Part shown: piece by piece, positions 35,690 to 49,699 of the stretch
How positions within the stretch are numbered: position 1 is the stretch's first letter
How the letters are laid out: every line of letters begins with the position of its first letter
NCBI GenBank assembly: GCA_976551045.1
Contig: CDPCPM010000050.1
Span: 18,042,001 to 18,106,000, forward strand
Source: Glaucostegus cemiculus
Lineage: Eukaryota
Direction of reading: 5' to 3'
DNA: 64,000 nucleotides
Made by a program: the position numbers and the translations under genes
The notes under the pieces: generated by a model
Database searches by the model: none
What the model was told of the DNA's origin: nothing
The model's input: only the letters and a program-made list of their open reading frames with translations

Positions 35690-36850
35690 CTCAAACCATA
35701 CACCTTGTTACAAGTGAGAGATTTTTTTTGAGGTTCTGACTGGCAGAATGGTGGATGTGGTGTATTTGGACTTTAGGAAGATGAGTGATAGTGCCAAGTA
35801 AGAGGTTATTAAACCTTATTGGGGCTGTTAGGGTTAGAGCTGATATATTGATGTGGATTGTGGAGTGGTTAACCCACAGAATGGTTGGGAGAGGGTGGTT
35901 TGGTGGGATTAGGAATAAGTGGGTCATTTTCTGTTAGAGAGCCTATGAGTAGTGCTCAATGCTGCGGGGCTCTGAATTGTTCCCAATCTCTATCAGTGAT
36001 TTGGATGAGGTAACCAAATACAATATACATCCAACTTTGCTAATGACACAGAGCTGGGTTGCAGTGAGTTACGACATAGCCTATTTCCCGCTTACATCAT
36101 CTAAGTACATGGGTGAGAACAAGCAAAATATATGGAAAATGTGAGGTCATTCACTTGGTAGAAATTTTTTTTAAATTAGTGACAGGTTGAAAGGCGGTGG
36201 TGCTCAAAGGGATTGGAGTGACCTGAACAAGGAACAATTAGGAAGGTAAACAGTACATTGGCCTCTAATGCAAGAAGCTTTGAGTACAAGAATAAAGACA
36301 TACTATAATTTATAATGGGCTCTAGTGAGACTGCACCTGGAATATTGTGTGCAGGTCTAGTCTCCCTACCTAAGGAGGTGTATGTTTGCAATAGAGAGAG
36401 TTCCACGAGGATTCACCATATTGATTCACGGAATGGGGTGGAGGGGAATTGTTCTTTTGAGATTAAGCAAACTATTCCTGTACTGTCTAGTGTTTGGAAG
36501 AATGAGAGATAATCACATTGCACCATATAAAATTCTCATGAACCTTGACAGGGCAGATGCGAGGATGGTTCCCCCTTGTCAGCATGTCTGGATCTGGGGG
36601 GGGGGGGTCATAGTCTCAAAATATGTAAACCATTCAGAATTGAGATGGGAACTTCAGGGGCAGGTGAATCTTTGGAATTTTCTATTCAAGAGGCCTGTAT
36701 AAGTTCAGTCACTGAGTACATTCCATAAGTACAGCCTTTTGAATATTTATGGTATCATGAAATATGAAGTCCAAACAGGAAAGTGTTGAGTTAAAGGATT
36801 GACCCTCTGTTGCAATATGTGAGAGCCTGAATGGCCTCCTATTTCTTATG
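35690..36850 (+). mobile_element. Decayed CR1 LINE RT fragment
   Basis: Remnants VDVVYLDF (about 35751), FANDT and VRLHLEYCVQV; CR1 tail ctgaatggcctcctatttcttatg. Confidence 0.7.
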
Positions 36851-36859
36851 TTTTATCTG

Positions 36860-37190
36860 TGGTCACTGTTGTCATGCAGGAAAAGCAACAGCTGATCTGT
36901 GTATAGCAAATACCCAGATAATCTGTTGGTGTTGATTATGGGACATATGTAATGCATGACATAAGTGATGACATCTTGCTTTAAATTAATTCTATGTGAT
37001 TTCTTGCACCCACTTGAGAAGACAGTTGGGGATTTGCTTTAATATACAGTATTTGCTTTAAAATACAGTATTTTCAACAGTGCAGTGCTCCTTTTGAATG
37101 TCAACCTAAATATTTGTGTTTAAGATTCTAAAATGGGACCTGGCCATGAATTGAAACCTTCTGACTCTGCCTCAAATCTGTTGGTAACTA
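36860..37190 (-). mobile_element. Old Deu-domain SINE-like fragment (SacSINE1/AmnSINE1-like)
   Basis: caacagtgcagtgctcc...tgtcaacctaaatatttgtg...aaccttctgactc resembles the reverse of the DeuSINE core as I recall it; not aligned computationally. Confidence 0.4.
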
Positions 37191-39739
37191 AGGTGAAACA
37201 GCACAACATACATTTGAGGGTTTGGATATCCTCAGCCCCAATCAGAATGAAATATTCTTGGCTCAATTACAGTAATCACCAGGAACGATTAGAATAGTCG
37301 ACATAATGTCATTGCTTTTTTTAAAAAAAGCAAATGTAAAGACCGGAGACACAAAAGATGTAGAAAGGGTACACTTCTTTTTTTTCCAAAATTTTCATTA
37401 ATTAAAATCTGAAGTACTGATACTTTGAGGGTTAATTTTTTGTCAGGGAAGTTGTTTGGTACTAATTAAAACTTGCTATTAAAGTTCACTTTAATAGACA
37501 CAACCTATTTTTTTTTTCTCTTGGCTCTGCATATTTCAGTGGCAATTCTCTAGTTATCATCTAGGGAAGTAATGCATTTCAGTCTGCAAATTCATAACTT
37601 CTAAGTTTAAGTGTGTGTTTGGTTTCAGGAAGTTGTTGTATGAGTCACTATTCAGTAGCGCTGAGCCCTATTAGTTCACTTATTTTTAACTGCAAACTCT
37701 GAGGCTTTTGACCAGATTAATTGCTTTTGACTAAATTCATTCTGCACGTGGGGAGGGTAAGAGGGGAAAAGACAGCATTGATTCCACTTAGGTGGTATGT
37801 ACTGTGTGAAGTTTGCTGAGGCTTATGATCTGGAAGCAATCACACAGGAATTGTCTCATTCTAGGTGTTTTGGATCTTAAGTATCAGTTCAACTTGTTAG
37901 TTGCCAGACTGCTGACATTTTAATTTACTTTTAAGTTGCCATTTAAGATAACAAGCATTTTCAATTGATCCCGAAGTGTGTGTGCATGTCGATGAGTACT
38001 GTGTACGGTTTGGCAACCATCTTACATGAAAAGATGTGATTAAACTGGAGAGTGGACGAGGGATGTAGTGACTTATTCAGTCCTTTTCAGCAACGTATTC
38101 ATATGTTGGGGTTGTTTTTGTTTTGGAGCAGAGGAAGCTGAAAGGAGGCACAGTTGAGATGTATAAAATGATGAGGGGGCCAGATAGAGTAAGTAGGAAT
38201 TATTGCTTGATAAGAACTAATTTCACAGATTTGTAAGAAGTGATTTAAAAAAAAAAAATAGAAGTGAGTTTGGGAAATGTTTCTCCACTTAGAGTGGTGA
38301 GATCTGGAGCTCATTGCCTCAGGTTGGTAGAGATGAAAACCCACATCACATTAAAGCACTCCTACAGGGCTACAAACCTGGAGCTGGGACATGGGATAAG
38401 GCTGAGTAGTTCATTTTTGATTGGCATGGACACAATATGCCACATAGAAAACTGATGATGCAGAAGGAAACTATGATTCAGTGCAGACCCATTATAATGC
38501 ACAGCCTGTGGTTTTATCAATCTTTTTCTGGATTACAAATAGAAGAGTTTGCATTCTCATAACCATTAACCCAGTATGGCATTCATTTCAAAGTACATCT
38601 CGAAGTAAGGCCGATGTGCCATTGACTGAATTTGCCAAAGTGTCAGACAAATTTAGATGGTTCACTTAAAAAAAGACAATTAACCTCTTGAAGATGGGCC
38701 CAGATTGTGATGTGTCAGCAAGTAGCTCTTGGATTTGTAATTTCCACCATTTCTTTGTGTTTTCACCAAAACAACTGATGAGATTTTAAAATGTCAAGGA
38801 GGAAAATTGAAGCTGGTTCAATTCTTGGCACAAGCTCTCCTCAAAGTTGACTTTGAATTTCGATTCTGGTTGGAGAATCCCCTTAAATTTATATTATGCC
38901 TCTAACATGGGAAAGCAGCTCCAGTGTTTCACGTAGTTTTTTTTTAAAAGAGCCAGTTGTCATCTAATTGAGGTGTGATATGTTGGGAGGGACAATCAAA
39001 ACTTGATTAGAACTGGACTTGGAGCAGAGTTTGTGGCCTAGGTGGTTGAAGTGATGCTCAGTGGATGTGGTGTGAAGGGTGTCAATGTTACATGAAAGGG
39101 CCCAGTAATTTCTGTTCTTGCATAATACAGACTGCCATTGATTGACATGATGTGAGGAAAGGTTCTTGCACCATTTGAATCTGGGTTTGGGTGGGAAGGA
39201 AGTAGTGATTTAGGGGGCTTGGTTTGCATTGAAATGTTAAAAGACCCAAAATACCAATTATTGCTCTTAACACTGAGAGGCATCTAGTTAAGTCTTCATA
39301 ACAACTGTTTCAAAATGGAAACTGTTTGCATAAGTTACATTTTGTTAACTGTTTTGGATATTATTAATGCATTAGAAAATTTCCATAAATCAGGAGGATG
39401 AAAGGTAATTTATGGAAGTGATGTGAATCAGTGGAATAGATCCTATGAAAAGCAATTGATGCCAGTTTACTAAAGGTCAGATTCTGGAACTCAATGATTC
39501 CTGTGCAAATAAGTTGTAGGTAATCATCTATGATTTCAACAGCTTATCAGACTTGATAAGACTAATGTGATCCTGCCTGCTCATTGCATTTTACCAGTGA
39601 ACATTGTCTCTTTCAGAAAATGGAATTGACAAGCAGAGTTTACAATGCAGCAATATTACAACAAAGATTGATCCTGAATGAGCTATTTATCTTCTATTAC
39701 AATCTTATGTAATCTAAAAGAATTAAACACTTATCAGGG

Positions 39740-41370
39740 TATACATTTGCCTTCCCAAGATGCATCACCTTGCACTTATCAGGATTAAATTCCATCTGCC
39801 AACACTCCACCTAGGTTTTTATCTGATCTCTATCCTGCTGTAGCCTTGGACAACATTTCTCTCTCTCCACAACAGCACCAACTTTTGTGTCCGTCCACAA
39901 ACTTGCCAATCGTACCTCCTTATATTTGCATCCAAGTCATTGATATACGTCACAAATGACAAGGGTGCCTTGGTGTGCACCACTGGTCGCAGAATTCCAG
40001 CCAGTCCTTCGACCTTTGCCCCCTATCACAAAGCCAGTTTTGGAGCCAATTAGCCAGCTTGCCTTGGATCCCATCTTTCTTGAGCTCTGGACCAGTCTAC
40101 CATGCAGGATCTTGTCAAACACCTTCCAATGTCTACTGCCCTGCCTTCATCAATCTTTTTAGTTACCTCCTTGAAAAAAACACACAAGTTAGTGAGGCTG
40201 TCTTTGTTGCTACTCTTTTCTAACTGTCTGCTGAATTCCTAAATTTAGGAAAGTGATTGATAGTCTGTTCAGTCAACAACTACTCATTCCCATTCTCCTT
40301 CCCTGCTCCAGATATCAAAATTTGACTTTGTCATCTCTGTGTTGGACAGAAATGTACTGCTCAATCAACTTGTGAGTTTGAAGAAAAATAAATTGTATGA
40401 GACCTTTACGTGTATGCACATCTTGTATAAGACCAAATCTCACTGAACACAAAGAAGCCATTGTCTAACATTGCAATTCAGCTAGCTTCCTTTATCAACT
40501 ATAATACTGCAAATACTTTGTGAAACTCCAAGTATTTGCTAACTTGATACGACATCCTGGCGGTTTTGCAAGGAGGCAAGGTTAAAAGCTTTGAATAACT
40601 TTATCAGTGTTTGGTTGTTGTTGCTAATGAACAAGGTCTTGATACTGTTCTAAAAAATGTTCCACAAAAATAGCAAGTACTTGAACTGGGACAATTTGTA
40701 TTTATGAACAAATAAAACCAAGAATGGCCAACATTGCTTTTACAGAAGTGTTATCTTTTTCAAATGCAGCATTATTTTTCACCATTTACAGGCCTACCAA
40801 TGGTGACCAACAATGCATATTATTTGTTTGCAAACACAATACAAGTATGATTGCTAGGTGTAAAGAAATTATAACATTATAGGGTTATACAGTGTGGAAT
40901 TAGGCCCTACAGCCCACCACATCTATGCTGACCATTGTGCCTATCTCACTGGTCCCACTTTATTAATTCCAAAGTTCCTCTGTGCCCTAATTATTCAAGT
41001 ACCTGTCAAGATACCTCTTAAATGTTGTTACTGTTCTTGCCACCACCACCTCCTGGCAGATCATTCCAGATACCAGCTACTCTGGAAAAATTTACTCCTC
41101 CCTCTCTCCTTTAACCTTTGCCCTCTAGTTTTAGAATCTCTACCATGGGAGAAATGCTGGCTATCTATCCTCCTAATTTTATATGCCACTATAATGTCTC
41201 TTCTTGGCCTTGCTCCAGAGAAAACAGGTGTAGTTTATCTAATTTCTCCTGATAATTCAGGCAACATCTTGTGAATCTTCTCTGCACCCTCTAGCTTAAC
41301 CATGTCCTTCGTATTATTGGTAAACAGAACTGCGGATAATGCTCCAAGTGCAGCCCAACTAATGTTTAGG
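39740..41370 (-). mobile_element. Decayed CR1 LINE fragments (about 39740-40190 and 40870-41370)
   Basis: Minus strand FDKILHGRLVQ; tail ggccctacagcccacc; cagaactgcggataatgctccaagtgc. Confidence 0.6.
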
Positions 41371-42129
41371 TTGAATTATGGGTGAAATAAGGCTGTAAGG
41401 TGGATCAAGAACATCCTCAATCTTCAAACATGCAGATGGTTTTAAAATCATTAAAGAAATGTTTTATCTCACCGACCGCACAATTCTAGTTAATAAGAGG
41501 TCAGAGTTCCATTTTAATAAATGGGAGCTTTAATTGTTTTCCATTTTCTCCAGGTCATTGCTTGTGACTTCTGATTGTTGACCCGTTACCAAACTGTCTT
41601 TTAAATTTGGAATTTAGTCCCAGACATCTCCTTAAAGTTTAGCCTTTTAATGGAAGCTAGTAATTACTTTCAAACATATTCCTTATCTTGCAAGACAACA
41701 TCCATTTCAGAAATGTGCACTATAATGTATAGAGGTGATTGGGAATGATGCATTCCTGAGGTCATTTGATTTTTGATATTCACTGCAAACAAATTATGAA
41801 ACCCATCTGCATTGGGGGGCGGGGGGAAAAAGCTTCTGAATTTCAATGTAGTGGAAAGGAATTTAAATTAAGCTTTTTTGAGGCAGTTGGCTTGGTTATA
41901 AGTTTGCATTGTCAGCTTTGCTTAGTCTGCCAGCATTTTTAAAGTTGTTTGAGATTTGTGTGCCCCAAGCTGGCAAGTGTGCACTAAAGATCCAAACTGT
42001 GAGCTTTAAATATATAACCGTAGCCAACTGTAAACGTTTTGACAGTTATTTCCTAACTTGTACACGGCATCTTTTGATTGTGTGCAGACAGCAAATTATA
42101 ATTCAGCCTCATCAATTTGCATTTCACCA

Positions 42130-42990
42130 ACATTGCTCATTTCTGTTTCAGCTGCTGAAGCTTATCCAGGCCATCGTTACCGCCTGTTCTGTTGCATACT
42201 GGCCTACCGGGTCACACTCCTTATTTCACCATTGGTAAACTTGGCCATCCAAAATTCTGCTGCCGGGGTACAGTCCTTCTTGCCTTGTGTCCTTGTGCTT
42301 GCTGAGCATCCTTGTCTTGCAGTATATCGATGCCTTGCTTTAAATATTCTCATCCTTATTCATCCTTTCATGGTCTTGCCCTCCGCCTCTGGAATCTCGT
42401 CCTGTCCTTGAAGTACCTGCCCTCCAGTGCTGTTCACTTATCTTCATAGTGTCATGTAGCATGGAAACAAGCCCTTTGGCCCATTGAGTCTATAAAACCA
42501 TCAAGCAATGACTTGTACTAGTCTTTTTTTTCAAATCTCCCAGCATTTCTGTCAGCTCTCCACAGATTTTTACCAATCACCTGCGCACTAAGGGCAATTT
42601 ACAATGGTCAACCAACCTGTTCATCTATGGGATGTGGGAGGAAACTGGAGCACCCAGAGGAAACTCTTGTGGTCCAAGGGGGAAATCTGCAAACTCCACA
42701 CGGGCAGCAGCAGAGTTCAGGGTTAAGCCCAGGTCACTAGCTGAATGGGAGCAGCTCTACTGACTAGATTTTTTTTGGTGTTCCTTGACTACCAAAGTCT
42801 TCAAATTATGGAATTCCTTCTATCAAGCCCCTTCACAGCCCTCCTCATTTCTTCTGTTGGGCACTCCTTAAAACCTACCTCTCTTTAATAAGGCTATTGG
42901 CCATTTACTCAAATAACTCTCTAGGTGGTTGTTAAGTTTGAAGTGCCTTGGAGCTTTGTGCTGTGCTTTTGAAAACATAAGCTGTATAAA
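42130..42990 (+). mobile_element. L2-like fragment interrupted by a minus-strand V-SINE (about 42445-42765)
   Basis: IQNSAA coding remnant and L2-type end (ctccttaaaacctacctc...tataaatgcaaattgt); nested gggaggaaactggagcacccagaggaaac. Confidence 0.55.
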
Positions 42991-43699
42991 TGCAAATTGT
43001 CAGGCGGAGTACTAATTAATAGATTTATCATTAGCTCGGAATGCTTAAATAATGCTTGGGACATCTAAAAGAATTAACTTGGCAAAATCAAGCCATATGT
43101 TATTTGAGGCCTTATTTTGCTGGAAACAATGGCTCACAAATATAGATGTAATGAGTCTATATAGAATTGATTTGTGGTTAGGTTTTTGCTGCTTCAGGTC
43201 ATTACTTTGTTTCTAAATCATGTTTTGACCGGTGTTGCACGTTGAAAGAAACCGCCGTCATTAGTGCCTGCAGCACACCAACCTTTATCAAGAGAAAGCA
43301 ATTTACTTGAAAATTTGCATGTTTTAGAAGCCACGCCAATGGAGTTCAATAAACTTTTATAAATCTTATTGTGAATTTTAACAAGGGTTAATAACTTTTT
43401 AAACAGCAGCTTATGCTATTGATCTTCTGTGGCAAAGAGCAAACTTGGACCCAAGTTGGATTTTAGACAACAGATTCTTAACCCATTGAGTGAATTCCCA
43501 TTCATTAAATTGGAACTTTCTTGGTCTCAGTGCAATTTTGAATGCATGATATTATATGGATTTCTTTTGTTTTGGATCTTTTCATTTAATTTCTATGTTA
43601 AATGTTTGCATGTATTTCATTTTTGAACAAGTTGTTCTGAAATCCTTGCACTTATGATTTGCTTTTCATTCTTGTGGAGGGAGAAATGGACATACCTGA

Positions 43700-44100
43700 G
43701 AGAGTCCCATTTGCCCACATTTAGCCCATATCCCTCTAAACCTTACTTGTCCAAATGTCCTTTAGGTGTTGTAAATGTTCCTACCTCTACCACTTGCTCT
43801 GGCAGCTCGTCCCATACACTCACCACCCTGTGTGCAAAAACTTGCCATTCAGGTCCTTTTACATCTTTCTCCTCTCACCTTAAGCCTATGCCCCCCCCCC
43901 CCCAAATTGTAGTCTCCCCTACCCTGGGAAAAAGACAGTGACCATCCACCTCATGATTTTTATAAACCTCTATAAGGTCACCCCTCAGCCTCCTTCACTC
44001 AAAGGAAAACAGTCCCAGCCTCTCCTTATAACCCAAGCCCTCCTGTCTGGGGTACATCCTTGTGAATCTTTTCTGCATCCTTTCAAGCTTATCAATTTCC
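43700..44100 (-). mobile_element. CR1 LINE 3' fragment
   Basis: Minus strand KLERMQKRFTRMYP..GLGYKERLGLFSFE. Confidence 0.7.
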
Positions 44101-44989
44101 ATTTCTGTGGCGACTGCCTTTAACTGGAAAATTCCCCAACTTTTAACAAACACCAATGAGAACGGGACAAAAACATTCCTGAGCAGAACCAAGAAATGAA
44201 ACACAAGGAATAAAGGCAAGCAAAAATGCACAAATAAACACACAGATCCTTTCACAGATTCACTACAGACGGTGCTCACATTCAATGAGGCACATTTGTT
44301 ACTGAAACTTGGGCATTCAAGGGAGACCTAGTACATAGTTTGAGTGCTGCAAGCAAAATGAGCAGTTAATATGTTGGTTTGGATAGAAATAATAGCCAGG
44401 ATTCTTCGAGGAACATCATGGATCCTGACACACCCACCAGAGATCTGTATCACGTTTTGTGTTGCCCAGGGTTCTAAATAACTAGTTGTTTTATGTGCCA
44501 AAAGCTTGAATCGCATGAAAATGTAATTGTATGGCTCTCAATGTAGCTACAGTAACCACCCTGAATATCTCAGTATGTTGTGAGAAGCTCAAGGAGTTGC
44601 TCACTAATGAACTTTAAAATTAAAGTGGAGATTGAGCTAGTGTAACTATTTCCTTCTCTGAACCCTTGTGACCTGGCTGTCCACAAGACTTGCACTTTCA
44701 CAGGAAAGTAGTAATCTTGGCTTCCCCAGTTCTGGATTCAACCCAAAAAAACCCTTTGAAAATATTAATACTCTGTTAGTGGAATGAAACCTAATCAAAG
44801 GCTCTTCAAAAAGCTGAGAAACTAAATCTTTCTTCAAGCAACAAACTTGCGTGTGATTATGGTACATCTCTTAGTGAGAGTAGACAAGCACATGATAAAG
44901 ATGGTATAATCGTATGTGAAAGGGTAATAGTGAAATTGATTGTGTATGGAAAAACACACAGAGTAATCCAATGTATTTTATAATATGAG

Positions 44990-45560
44990 ATATAACTTAA
45001 TCGGAGGCGTGTGACCCATTTGATTGCACTGAGACAAACAGACAAGGTGACAAAGTTCAAGCTGAATTCTTGCATACCCAAGGCAGGTGGTCCAAAGACT
45101 TGACAAGAAAGATTTGTAATTTGTCCTGCAACACCCTGTGGGGAAAATATCAGTGCTGCTTCTCTCAAATAAACAGTCCTGTATCATGAATGGAGTATAG
45201 CTGATGAGGGATAAGAGAGCGAACACTAATGAGGCACTTCAGCAACGTCAACATGGGACCTGAAAACCCTTGTAAGCTATAATACGTGTAGTTTGTTTGA
45301 AGAGCATTTGGCAATATTATGGATGCTGGAAAACCTTGAAGTTTAGCAAAGAAATTCTGCATAGCAAGATTGTACCAGGTTAATGAAAGGATAATGAGAG
45401 CAAAGTCCACTGATGGAAGGTTGCCGCTTGATGTGGTGATTTAATAATTTGGTGTGTCCTCTCTTGAGATTGACTGGGCTCATTGGCTCCATGCCATGCA
45501 TTGTCAGCTGTAATGGTAATCTGCATAGCACAGCGAGTCTTGGTTATCACCTCATTGTAA
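44990..45560 (+). mobile_element. Possible very old Gypsy gag relic
   Basis: Frame-hopping remnants IGG.DPFDCTET and AGGPKT..ICPATP resemble N-termini of Gypsy gag proteins; weak. Confidence 0.25.
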
Positions 45561-45764
45561 ATCTTGCTCATCATAAAAGTAAAATCTTTATTATGAGAAT
45601 ATAAATTAGAGGGTTATCTACTTAAGGATTATAAAACAGTAAGAGGTGGAGTGAAATACTGATAAAGGCAGCATGTATTATTTTTAATAACCTAGTTTGT
45701 TATGGAAATTTGCCGTTTGGCCCGTTTTTTTTAAAAAAAGAAATCTTGAGATGTGGATTTTTGT

Positions 45765-46250
45765 ATTGGTTTATTATTGTCACTTGTACCAAGGTGCAGT
45801 GAAAAGCTGGTCTTACAAACTGATCGTACAAGTCAATTCATTACACAGTGCAGTTACATAGTTAGTACAAAGTGCTTGAAATAGTACAGTGAAAACTGTA
45901 ACAGTACAGAATAAAGTGTCACAGCTACAGAGTGCAGTGCGATAAGGTGCAAGGTCGCACAAGGTAGAATGTGAGGTCACAGACCATCTCATTGTACAAG
46001 GGAACCGTTCAATAGTTGTATCACAGTGGGGAAGAAGCTGTCCTTACGTCTGGTGGTATGTGCCCTCGGGCATCTGTATCTTCTACCTGATGGAAGAGGA
46101 GAGAAGAGACAATGGTCTAGATGAATGGGGTCTTTGATTTATACTGGCCGCTACACCAAGACAACGAGAGATAAAGACAGAGTCCAAGGAGGGGAGGTTG
46201 GTGTCCATGATGCGCTGGGCTGTGTCCACAACTCTCTGCAGCTTCTTGCG
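45765..46250 (-). mobile_element. Rex1-type LINE 3' end
   Basis: Reverse tail tattggtttattattgtcacttgtaccaaggtgcagtgaaaag. The same tail occurs at about 1935-1990 (-), 4810-4990 (+), 32620-32830 (-) and 51100-51260 (+). Confidence 0.65.
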
Positions 46251-46639
46251 GAGAGAAGCTCGTGTATGTCTCAGTCATACAGCACTGAGGTGGGCTCTTT
46301 GACCCACCATTTCTAAGCTGACCAGCAGTTACCATCTGCACTTGTCCTGTAGCCTGTGTAAGCTTTCAAATGCATTCTCTCATTTTTTTTAAATGATTGT
46401 AATTAAAACCTGTTGTGAAACATTTTGTCCCTACTTTGCTAATTATTGTAGATTAGATTGTATTGATAAATGAGGAATTGCTGGGATGAATCAAAAAGGA
46501 AAGATTATTACAACGCCATCTTCAGAGTTTATTTACTTGTGAAGATTTGCACATTTTTGTACTCATTTGGGTCTTGCGGCTTCTTTAAGATTTGTTTTAA
46601 TAGTTGCTGCATTAGCAAACATGTCCTATGGACTTGTGC

Positions 46640-47720
46640 CAGACTGCACATGCTGGAATCTGGAGCAAAAAATAACCTGTGGAGGAATTCAGAGGGTGAG
46701 GCAGCATCTGTGGAGATAAAGTGACGGTTGACTTTTGGGTTGAGATCCTCCATCAGGACTGAGAATGTAGAGGGAAGTTGGCCAATAGTGAAGTGAAAGG
46801 GAGGTGAGAGACAGGCTGGTGGGGAATGGGTAGAACTTGGGTGATGGGTAGATGGAACCAGGTGGGAGAAGGTAATGTATCTAGGTAATGAGGGAGGGGG
46901 TGGGGGAGAGAGAAGGGATGGAAAGAGTGAACAAAGGAGAGAGACCCTGGGTGGACTGATGAGAGTGGGAAAGGAACACTGGGGAATGAATTACCTGAAA
47001 TTGGAAAATTCGATGTTTGTACCACTCTACTTTAGGCTGTCCAAACGGAATATGAGATGTTGTTCTACTGGTTGCATTTGACCTTGCTGTGGCAGTGGAG
47101 AGAACAGAGGGAAAATGGGGCCATGTAAGAATGGGAAGGGGAGTTGAAATGATGCGCAACCGGAAGCTCAAGATGGCCGTTGTGAGCAAGTTGCAGGCAC
47201 TCTGCAAAATTGTTGCCTCGTTTATGATCGATCACGCCAATATAGAACAGGCCACATTGTGAGCACCAAATGCAATAAACCCAGTTTGGAGGAGGTGCAT
47301 GTGAATCTCTGCCTCACCTGGGAGGGCTGCTTCGGTCCCTCGATGGTGGAGAGGGAGGAGGTGTAGGGACGGGTGTTGCACCTCCTACGATTGCAGGGGA
47401 AAATGCCTGGGGATGGAGAGGAATGGGTGGGGAGGTACGAGTGGACCAGGAAGTCATGGTGAGAGTTGTCCTTCTAGAAAACAAAGAAGCTGGGAGGGGA
47501 AGATGTGACTGGTGGTGGGATCCTTTTGGAACTTATGGAAGTGATGAACAATGATGTGCTAGATGCAGAGACTAGTGGGGTGGAAGCTGAGGACTAGGGA
47601 GATTCTATACCTGCTCTGTCTGGGATGAAGTGGGTAAGAACAAATGTGAGAAATAGAGGAAATGCATGTGAGGGCTTCTTCAATGTTGGTGGGGGAAGCT
47701 ATGTTTTCTGACAAAGGAAG
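46640..47720 (-). mobile_element. Penelope-like element fragment
   Basis: Minus strand VYCIWCSQCGLFYIG (47236-47280, GIY-YIG motif) plus pseudo-LTR with a decayed hammerhead motif at about 46725-46761. Confidence 0.8.
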
Positions 47721-49699
47721 GCGTCTCCTAAGTCCTGTAAGTGAAAGCCTATTCATGCCAAACTGGAACTGGGTTGAAACTTGCCAGAGTTGTTCTTGAC
47801 CCAACTGGCTAAACCCTAATCACTACAGTTCAGCAACTCTATGATCACTTTGCATTAAAATGGACTTTGTTCTTTTTTGTTCTAATTGTGTTCTTTCTTG
47901 TAAAAATAGTGTATAATTTATGTTTAATTTGTGTTTTTCTTGTGATTGCTGCTTGTATGATGCTATGTGCCTGCGATGCTGCTGCAAGCAAGTTTTTCAT
48001 TGTACCTGTGCCCACATGTGCACATGACAATAAACTAGACTGGTGCAGAAGTCTTGCACCTTGCAAAAGAAATGGCTCCTACTAAGAGGAAGAAAGTCTA
48101 AATTTGATGCCATTACTGAGTTCTTGAATTTGCTATTTTTAACCAAATTGCAGTATAATTTCCTTCATCACCCTTCCTCAAACCCAACCCCATTTCAAAT
48201 ATTTATCTCAAGCATTTGGATGCAAATTAACAATGCCCTGTGAAATTTTGCCTATTTTGTATCTGAGGACACTTATAGCCCTTTTGATGTTATTCTCATT
48301 TTAATGTTTTCTGAAACTGTGTTTGCCTTAAACTTTGTTACTGAAATCGGAGACTTTCATTGGTCTTAGCATTGCATGTACCCTCCTATGCCCATCCCTT
48401 TTAACTTTCTTGGGGTTAGTTACAGTGATTTGAGTGGCTTGGGTTCTTGGACTATTTAAAACTTGAATTTTTTAAATTTAAAATTTGAATTTGAATGACT
48501 CTTTTTTTGTGTTTTTTCTTTTTCCAATGACCATTGAATTAACTAGTTAAACAGTTTAGGGCAAATGTCAGTTTGGAAAGTCAAAAGGTCATGACTATCT
48601 TCAACATTAGATTATTTCTCACATTTTCCACCTTCATATTTCTCTCAAGGCTCTGACTTGTCATGTGTTTACATGAACATTTATCTAATTGAGTTTGTGT
48701 TATCATTGATTTCAACAATGGCATAGATTGTGCTTGACCTGCGCCCCCTGCAGGATTTCTACAGCCCTGCTGCTCCCAATGTGCCAGTAACCTCATTGCT
48801 GTAGTCATTCTGCAGGGCTCTGTGGGCCGCAAGTGGTGACTGGGCCACCAGTCGGGAGGACCTTTCCATTGTTTTTAAATGTCTCCTGATTTTTACAAAA
48901 AGTTAAACATTTCTGCTTGCCTGTAGCAGCCATTTATATTAACACATCTTTTTCTATGTTAAAGTATTTTGATGCCATTGTCATGATAAAGTCACCTTAA
49001 TATATTTACAATGCTTTATATTAGCTAGGAATTAAAAAAAAAGCTTTAATCAAAAACTAAAGTTATTTGTTTTTACTTTAGCATTAACTTTTTATTTGGG
49101 TCAGTTCAGATTATTGGGTAAATTCATTTTTTCTTTTGAACTATTATTTGGATATCATTTGACATTTTCACTTGTCAGCTTTTAAGCTTGCTGAGAATGT
49201 GCATTGAAAAGCTTGTGTGTGCATGAACGGCTTACTATTACTTGTATTGTTAAATATTGTGCAATGCCCACTCTGAAGATAATTTTTATTTTGAAACGTG
49301 GGAGAGTTACTGGGATGATTTTTGAGGTTTCCAATTTCCTTCCATATCTTTTGGACTACAGAAATGCAACAATTAGAGAGATGTTGATCTCCCTTCACAT
49401 TTTATTTAGGTCTTCTAGTTTCTGCTGAAGATAATTCCAGTAATGCAAATGCGTGGGAGTTGTAGTTCCCATTTTAATATAGTCGCTAATGGTCATAAGA
49501 TTTTTGAGTGTCAGAACATGACTAATTTCTTGGGTTCAAAGGACTAAAAGGGGCTCAAAGCCAAGACTTTGTCCTGTTATGTTTTCAAGTAGATATAAAC
49601 ACTTTCTGAATTTGGTTTGTGATCACAGAAAAGAACAAAAATGAAATTAAGAAACCAAAAGGCAATTTATTTCTTTGTTCCAGGCTGACAGTTGGTGGG

